DNA of 64,000 nt from contig JBFIHX010000002.1 of NCBI GenBank assembly GCA_041601615.1, positions 256,001 to 320,000 of the forward strand, given 5' to 3'. This stretch comes from Thermoplasmatota archaeon (GTDB lineage: Archaea > Thermoplasmatota > E2 > JACPAO01 > JAHFTW01). The first letter of the stretch is position 1, and each line of letters starts with the position of its first letter. Of the stretch, positions 58,972 to 64,000 are shown piece by piece. The translations under genes and the position numbers were made by a program. The notes under the pieces are model-generated. The model searched no databases. It worked only from the letters and a program-made list of their open reading frames with translations, and was not told the origin of the DNA.

Positions 58972-59145
58972 TCAGGGGCCTCCGATGCGGTTGATTCCGG
59001 GGCGGGGCGTGTATTGCCGGCACGACGCGGCGAGGGTCGTGCTTGGAATGTAGAACCCCAACGCGGAGCAATAGGGCACGGGCAACAAGGCGCCGGCTCG
59101 GCGTGCGCGGGTGTACCACTCGCAGGTTTTGCAGTCCAAATCCAT
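58972..59145 (-). CDS. 57-aa four-Cys protein (below ORF-track cutoff)
   Basis: MDLDCKTCEWY..YCS..SCRQY; exactly fills the gap between flanking genes. Confidence 0.65.
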   Translation of the reverse strand: MDLDCKTCEWYTRARRAGALLPVPYCSALGFYIPSTTLAASCRQYTPRPGINRIGGP

Positions 59146-59787
59146 TCAGGCCCCTCCCATGAAGATGCCCTCGCCGTAGCCGGCTTGCCGGGTGATGCGC
59201 TGGAACTGGAACGTTACGCTTGGGCCGTGATTGGTGATTTTCAAGAGCCGCCATGTTAGGCCCGATGTGGGGCTAAAGGCGTAAGCGGCGTAGGTGTCGC
59301 CCGTGGGCAAGTAGGCCACGACGAGCCCGTTCAAGTCCGATCCGGCGCCCGAAAACAAGCCTTGGGTGGTTTCTCCGATGAACTGGATTCGGACTTGCCG
59401 CAACGGTTGGCCCGCTACGTCCACGGCGTACCCGACAAGCGTGGTTCTGTCGCCTTGGCGGTAGACCGCCGTGGGTCTGATTTCGCGGCTTGGGTGCCTT
59501 GATCCCGAGGCGTTGGCAAGCCACGCGCCGAGGCTGGCCACGGGTTGCCCTGGTGTCTTGGAGGTCCAGGTGTTGCCGGTTTCGTGATCCATCCACCCTG
59601 CGTCTTCTACGTAGGAAGGGGCAAAGGCGTGGGTTCCGCCGTGGGGGTATGGGGGCGTGGCGCTTTCTTGGCCCGGGATGAGGTTCGGGGCGTTGTGGAC
59701 GGTGCCGGATTCGGGGCCGAGTTCGCCACTAGTGGCGGCGTTTTGGTTTCCTTGGGCAATGCCCGTGTAGGTGGCCAATGCGTTCAC
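59146..59787 (-). CDS. Putative virion protein with Ig/prealbumin-like C-terminal domain
   Basis: G..VD..GQPL..V.I.....SD.NG.....LP.GDTY; GTGA overlap with upstream gene. Confidence 0.6.
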   Translation of the reverse strand: MNALATYTGIAQGNQNAATSGELGPESGTVHNAPNLIPGQESATPPYPHGGTHAFAPSYVEDAGWMDHETGNTWTSKTPGQPVASLGAWLANASGSRHPSREIRPTAVYRQGDRTTLVGYAVDVAGQPLRQVRIQFIGETTQGLFSGAGSDLNGLVVAYLPTGDTYAAYAFSPTSGLTWRLLKITNHGPSVTFQFQRITRQAGYGEGIFMGGA

Positions 59788-60755
59788 CCCTGCCTGATTG
59801 CTACGGTGATGTAGGCGGTCGAGTCCGGGCTTTGCAGGGTCTTGACGAGGTACGTCTTTGTGACCGCGTCGTCCACCCAATCCACTAGATCGCCGTCTGC
59901 TAGTCCTTGGGCCAAGGCGACGACGAACCACCGCTTGGTTTGGGCAATGGGGATTCGTTTGTTGGTGTCTAGGTTGTTGCTAAAGTGTGGGAAATGGAAG
60001 TAGATTTTCGAGTTCCCGTCCGAGCGGTAGGCGCTGCGAAACAGTTCAACACCGGCACCATAGGCGACGGTTTGGGTGTTGAATGGTCGAATGTACTCCT
60101 TGCGGTTCAGGTCGGAATAGTTGCCAACGGCGCTAACTTGGCCGGTGCTGTTGTCGAAGTATTGGGCATAGTATCGGTCGTACCAATTGCCCCCTGTGGA
60201 GTACACAATGTTTGGGTCGCTGTTGGTCCATGCGGTAACAAAGAAGTTGGAGTATCCGTCGGGATATTCCTTCTCGGTGTTGCGCTCCAAGGACAAGAAA
60301 GAGGTGTAGTCGTGCGCTGGACTGGCCATCCAACTGGAAAGGACGGTGAAGCCCTCGGCGTCTAGCCACATCCAGTATTGGCCGGCTTTGTCACCGCTAC
60401 CGGCTCCAGTGGCCCAGTAGTAGTTCTGGGTCCATGAAGTGCCGTAGCTTTGCCAAGATTCCGTGGGGATGCCCGTAATTTCGACGGTGCCGCTTGGTGA
60501 TGAGGTTCCAAGGTCGTAACCACTGGATACGGTGACGCGGATTTCGTTGAAGCGGTTGTACCCGGAACTACTGACGATTCGTTCGACGCTGACAAAGAAG
60601 CCGTCCGCGATGTGTTCGAGGGCTCGGCGGGCGGGGCTTACGGCGGCGGGCCGGCCCGTGGGGTCGGCGTCGCTCCATGCGCCCGTGGCGATGAGGTCGT
60701 CTGCGATCTTGTCGGTGAGTTCGTCCATTGTTGTGTTTCCGCTTGAGAATGTCAT
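59784..60755 (-). CDS. Putative spike/receptor-binding virion protein
   Basis: Ser/Thr/Gly/Tyr/Trp-rich, beta-rich 323 aa. Confidence 0.55.
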   Translation of the reverse strand: MTFSSGNTTMDELTDKIADDLIATGAWSDADPTGRPAAVSPARRALEHIADGFFVSVERIVSSSGYNRFNEIRVTVSSGYDLGTSSPSGTVEITGIPTESWQSYGTSWTQNYYWATGAGSGDKAGQYWMWLDAEGFTVLSSWMASPAHDYTSFLSLERNTEKEYPDGYSNFFVTAWTNSDPNIVYSTGGNWYDRYYAQYFDNSTGQVSAVGNYSDLNRKEYIRPFNTQTVAYGAGVELFRSAYRSDGNSKIYFHFPHFSNNLDTNKRIPIAQTKRWFVVALAQGLADGDLVDWVDDAVTKTYLVKTLQSPDSTAYITVAIRQG

Positions 60756-60761
60756 GAGGGG

Positions 60762-61172
60762 TCACGCTCCCGAGATGTGGAGTTTGTAGCGTTGCCCGGT
60801 CTCCGTCGTGTTGGTTACGACGGCTTCCAGGCTGTCCGAAAATCGAAGAGGGCTTTCCTTGCGAGTCCAGCGTAGGACGCCGGCTTCGTCACCATGCGAA
60901 TACCGCTTGACCGAGCCGTCCAAGGACAGGCTTAGGGTAACGCCGGGGGGCAGGTGGATATTGTAGAGTAGAATCTCGCCCGATCCCCGGTAGGTCAAGA
61001 CGCGGCGCTCCCCGGCGAAGAGTTGCGGGTTGTCGTTGGCACCGGGAGAGTCGATCTGGAACGGGTGCGCTCCGTCTCCGGCTAGGTCTGCGATGCCTTC
61101 CCAGACCGTCCCCGCGAGTTCTTCCCGAGTCACGGCGCGGGGCCGGGGTTCTCGAATGGCTATGAGTGCCAC
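60762..61172 (-). CDS. Putative single-jelly-roll vertex/penton-like protein
   Basis: 136 aa alternating beta pattern (PLRFSDSLEAVVTN); position downstream of MCP. Confidence 0.45.
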   Translation of the reverse strand: MALIAIREPRPRAVTREELAGTVWEGIADLAGDGAHPFQIDSPGANDNPQLFAGERRVLTYRGSGEILLYNIHLPPGVTLSLSLDGSVKRYSHGDEAGVLRWTRKESPLRFSDSLEAVVTNTTETGQRYKLHISGA

Positions 61173-61336
61173 CCCCGCCGGGGTTTCTTGTGTCGTGGAA
61201 CCCGAAGGTAGTGGGGGACGCGGTGTTTGGCTTGGAAGGCCGGGGCACGGCTCCGCTTGTATTCGTCGTCAAAGCGGGGGCCGTGGCCGGTGGCGGTGAA
61301 GCCGTCGCGTTGCGGTTCGCGGCGTTCCTTGGCCAT
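61160..61336 (-). CDS. 58-aa basic protein (below ORF-track cutoff)
   Basis: MAKERREPQR..RVPRHKKPRRGWHS; TAATG overlap with upstream gene. Confidence 0.55.
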   Translation of the reverse strand: MAKERREPQRDGFTATGHGPRFDDEYKRSRAPAFQAKHRVPHYLRVPRHKKPRRGWHS

Positions 61337-61740
61337 TACGAGCGACCTCCAAGGGTCAATAGGCCAACGACCAGCACCGCACCGGCAGCGACGACCACAA
61401 CCGTGAGCTTGCCTAGCTCTTGACGGTCATTCTCTTGCGTCGTTGCGGGGGGCTGGCCGAAGGCGTTGAAGAGGCCAGTTTTGCGATCAAAGAGCACCCA
61501 TGTTTCGGGCACTCCGTCGCCGTTGGTATCCACGGGGGTCTTGTCAAGTGGGGGATTGACGGCGCGGCTTACGTCGTCAGCCACGTTGCCCACTTGGTTC
61601 AAGAGAAGCGACCCACCGCCAAGGGCCGCAAGGGGGAACACGGCGGGCTTTAGGACGCGGCCCGCGCCGCTACTAAACCGCATGAATCCGCGACCAAATC
61701 CAGCAAGATTCGAGGCCCGAACCGCTGGGGCTGGACTCAT
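61336..61740 (-). CDS. Putative virion membrane protein
   Basis: Two hydrophobic segments; DTNGDGVPE Ca-binding-like loop; ATGA overlap. Confidence 0.6.
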   Translation of the reverse strand: MSPAPAVRASNLAGFGRGFMRFSSGAGRVLKPAVFPLAALGGGSLLLNQVGNVADDVSRAVNPPLDKTPVDTNGDGVPETWVLFDRKTGLFNAFGQPPATTQENDRQELGKLTVVVVAAGAVLVVGLLTLGGRS

Positions 61741-62726
61741 GAGACGAGCCCCCGGAAGAATTTCTTAGTGGACTTGTAGCCCGAGGAAACGGCGCTACTC
61801 GTGTCCTTGGCGGCGTCCCTTGTGGCGTTGACCACGCTTTCTTGGACGGTGCCCCGGTAGGCTTGGCGAAGGTTGCCGCGCACCGATCCACGACCAACCA
61901 CGCCCGTCGCCACCGCGCCAACAGCGGCAAGGGGCAAGGCTACGGATTTGACCGCGACTTCGGCTTCATGTTCCACGGCTTTCGGAGTTAGGAATGCAAT
62001 GGTTTTCTCGGCGGCGTTGCCCCGATCTAGGGCGTCAAGGGCGCCGGATTTTTCGAGCACGGCAGTTCCGCCGAGGCCAAGGGCCACGCCGGCAGCGGCA
62101 GCCCCACCGTAAGCAACGGGCGGGGCGCGAAGAAGCGCGGTGCTGCGAGTTGCAAGGTTTCCAAGTCGTGCGGTGCGCGTGGCGTTTTGGACGCCAAACG
62201 CATTGAGCCGGGATTGGGCGCCGCCCTTGGCCACGGCTCCGGCGCCGCCGCGAAGGAGGCTTGCGCCGCCTCGGGCAATGGCGCCCCCGGCGCTCTTGAT
62301 CAGCGGGGCACCAAACGCTAGAGCAAGGCCGACGTTTGCAAGATCGGCAACTTGGCTAAACCTGGATGCACTCGCGGAGTCGGATGCGATTTCGTTGTTG
62401 ATGCGGCGTTGTTCAGTTTCATTGGCGGCGTTGGCGCGGCGCAATTCGTCAAGGACGGCGGATTCGTATTCGGGACTAAACGCGGGCCCAAGACCCCCGC
62501 CTTGGGAACTCGCTTCGGGGTTTGGGGGGTTGGAATAGTCGTAGTATTGGCCGGTGCTTGGGTCGTAGGCATAGGCGCCGTCGGAGAGTCCGCCAAAGCC
62601 GGCGCCCTGTCCGCCAAGACCGGGGGCCGTTGGTTGCGGGCCTTGGTTGGCTTCGACTCGGGTGGCGGCGTAAGCGAGGCCCCCGAGTCCGATGAGGCCG
62701 AGTGCGATCAAGGCGGTTCGATCCAT
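61737..62726 (-). CDS. Membrane-anchored Gly/Ala-rich protein (DNA-delivery/tape-measure-like)
   Basis: N-terminal TM, central coiled coil, Gly/Ala amphipathic helices; directly after MCP. Confidence 0.6.
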   Translation of the reverse strand: MDRTALIALGLIGLGGLAYAATRVEANQGPQPTAPGLGGQGAGFGGLSDGAYAYDPSTGQYYDYSNPPNPEASSQGGGLGPAFSPEYESAVLDELRRANAANETEQRRINNEIASDSASASRFSQVADLANVGLALAFGAPLIKSAGGAIARGGASLLRGGAGAVAKGGAQSRLNAFGVQNATRTARLGNLATRSTALLRAPPVAYGGAAAAGVALGLGGTAVLEKSGALDALDRGNAAEKTIAFLTPKAVEHEAEVAVKSVALPLAAVGAVATGVVGRGSVRGNLRQAYRGTVQESVVNATRDAAKDTSSAVSSGYKSTKKFFRGLVS

Positions 62727-62731
62727 GAATC

Positions 62732-63589
62732 TCAAGCCGAAGCTTGGACCTCCAAGACCACCATGGTTAGGCTTCCGTTGGCTTCGGGGTTGGTGTTGAC
62801 GACTAATTCGAGGGTGTCCATTCCCTTGGTTCGCAGGGCTTGCGATCCGTCCCCGAATACGTCGAAGTTGACGACGGCCCAATCCATGGGGGTTTCGTCC
62901 ATCTCGAAGTCTGCGCGGTTTTCTTCGCGCAGTTGATCCCAGGGTTCGCGGGTGCGGTGAAACTTCACGCCGTCTTGGATCACGGACACCGACCGAAGCA
63001 AGGTCGGGGAGCTTGGGACCAAGAGAATTGCTTGGATCACTTGGCCGTCTCGAATGTCGATCCCGGTTTCTCCTTCGACGCTTTGAAGATCCTTGTACAC
63101 GGTCTTGCGCACGATCAAGGGGACTTTGCCAACGTCCTGGCCTTCGTTGATGATCTCGCGGGCGTAAATCGCCACGTTGCCGCCGACAATGGCGGTGTGA
63201 TCCCCACCGGCGGCTTGCAGCTCATTGACTCCGGCAAAGGTAACGTGCAATTCGAGACTCGTAAACAGGAACGTTGGGAGCATCCCAAGGTCCAGGTACG
63301 CAAAGCCGAGGCCGGGGGCTTGGTCCTTGTAGGCGAGGATGTTCAAGCGGCGTAGGTTCTCGAACGACAGGTTCGTGGTGGTCAGTTGTCCGCCGATCGT
63401 GAGTTCTATTCGCTTGATCATGCGGTTGGCGGCGTCTGCCGTGAACGCGCCACCAGATCCCCCCGCGAGGGCGCCGGGATTGACTTTGAGGCGAAGGCGG
63501 TTGAGAAAGTGCTGCCGTGGAATCGAGACGCGGACTGATCCGCCGTCTTCGTATGGCACCACCTTGAACGGGCGCGTGATCACGGCCAA
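62732..63589 (-). CDS. Double-jelly-roll major capsid protein, STIV B345-like
   Basis: SIPRQHFLNRLRL, LDLGMLP..FTSLEL, GQVIQAILL, WDQLREENRADF and AVVNF resemble STIV MCP motifs as recalled; size and beta pattern fit. Confidence 0.78.
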   Translation of the reverse strand: MAVITRPFKVVPYEDGGSVRVSIPRQHFLNRLRLKVNPGALAGGSGGAFTADAANRMIKRIELTIGGQLTTTNLSFENLRRLNILAYKDQAPGLGFAYLDLGMLPTFLFTSLELHVTFAGVNELQAAGGDHTAIVGGNVAIYAREIINEGQDVGKVPLIVRKTVYKDLQSVEGETGIDIRDGQVIQAILLVPSSPTLLRSVSVIQDGVKFHRTREPWDQLREENRADFEMDETPMDWAVVNFDVFGDGSQALRTKGMDTLELVVNTNPEANGSLTMVVLEVQASA

Positions 63590-63593
63590 GGGT

Positions 63594-63830
63594 TCACACT
63601 CCGCCGGCGATTCGGATTCCGGCCGTGACGAATCCGCCGCCGGCGCCGATCATGATGGTTCGGCCCCAGCCCTTGGATTTGTACGCAAGGGCGACGAGGG
63701 CGAGCCCGGCGGCGGCTTTCAGGGCGCCGTCGATCTTGGGGTCTGGATGGGAGGGAAGGGGGAGACGGGTTCCGTAGGCGCCGATGGCGCCCGATAGGGC
63801 CGTGCTGACGATTGCTTGGGTTGCGGTCAT
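63594..63830 (-). CDS. Small membrane protein upstream of MCP
   Basis: 78 aa, Gly/Ala hydrophobic segments. Confidence 0.6.
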   Translation of the reverse strand: MTATQAIVSTALSGAIGAYGTRLPLPSHPDPKIDGALKAAAGLALVALAYKSKGWGRTIMIGAGGGFVTAGIRIAGGV

Positions 63831-64000
63831 TGGGGGTCTAAGGCTCCTGCCAATCGCTTGGCGGAAGACTAACGCGACGGCAGGCAACTTCTACCGTTAC
63901 CCGCCCCCCTCGGGGCCTTTCTCGGTGCTTCTGGATCGAGTGGTTTAGCAATCCTTCCCAGGAGGGAAAGACGGGGGCCATCCATCCACGGGCTTCGCAT

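Larger units (their letters stand above)
56337..64000 (-). mobile_element. Integrated double-jelly-roll (STIV/Turriviridae-like) provirus with DDE transposase; right part outside window, left boundary uncertain
   Basis: MCP-like gene, run of coupled co-oriented membrane and beta-rich genes, terminal transposase, no host housekeeping genes. Confidence 0.75.

Noticed and set aside
63840-64000. 3' end of a packaging ATPase
   Set aside because: No recognisable motif in any frame; too little sequence to call.

Overview
High-GC archaeal chromosomal window. The gene set (oapABC, arcS-RaSEA, pus10-rpl21e-rpo4-DUF655-rsmA-hemK, archaeal ribB/L/C/H, rps17e, rfcL, rps2-rpo6, ftsZ1) is euryarchaeal type; a Thermoplasmatota-like host is an inference. 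It contains a phosphate cluster (AbrB-PhoU regulator, pstSCAB-phoU, pit-DUF47) with a shared candidate operator, and a copper/nitrite island (cupredoxin-fused NirK, wHTH regulator, cupredoxin-fused two-domain multicopper oxidase, DoxX, His-rich peptide). It also has two toxin-antitoxin-like loci, a lower-GC cassette bounded by 171-bp direct repeats, and several MIRU-like intergenic inserts that duplicate gene junctions. The main finding is at the right end (about 56.3-64 kb, running off the window): an apparent provirus with an STIV-like double-jelly-roll major capsid protein and a tightly coupled virion operon. That operon ends not in a tyrosine integrase but in a translationally coupled SWIM-finger/DDE (IS4/IS5-like) transposase, so it may be a transposable archaeal DJR virus. 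All family assignments are by eye from motifs; no database search was run.
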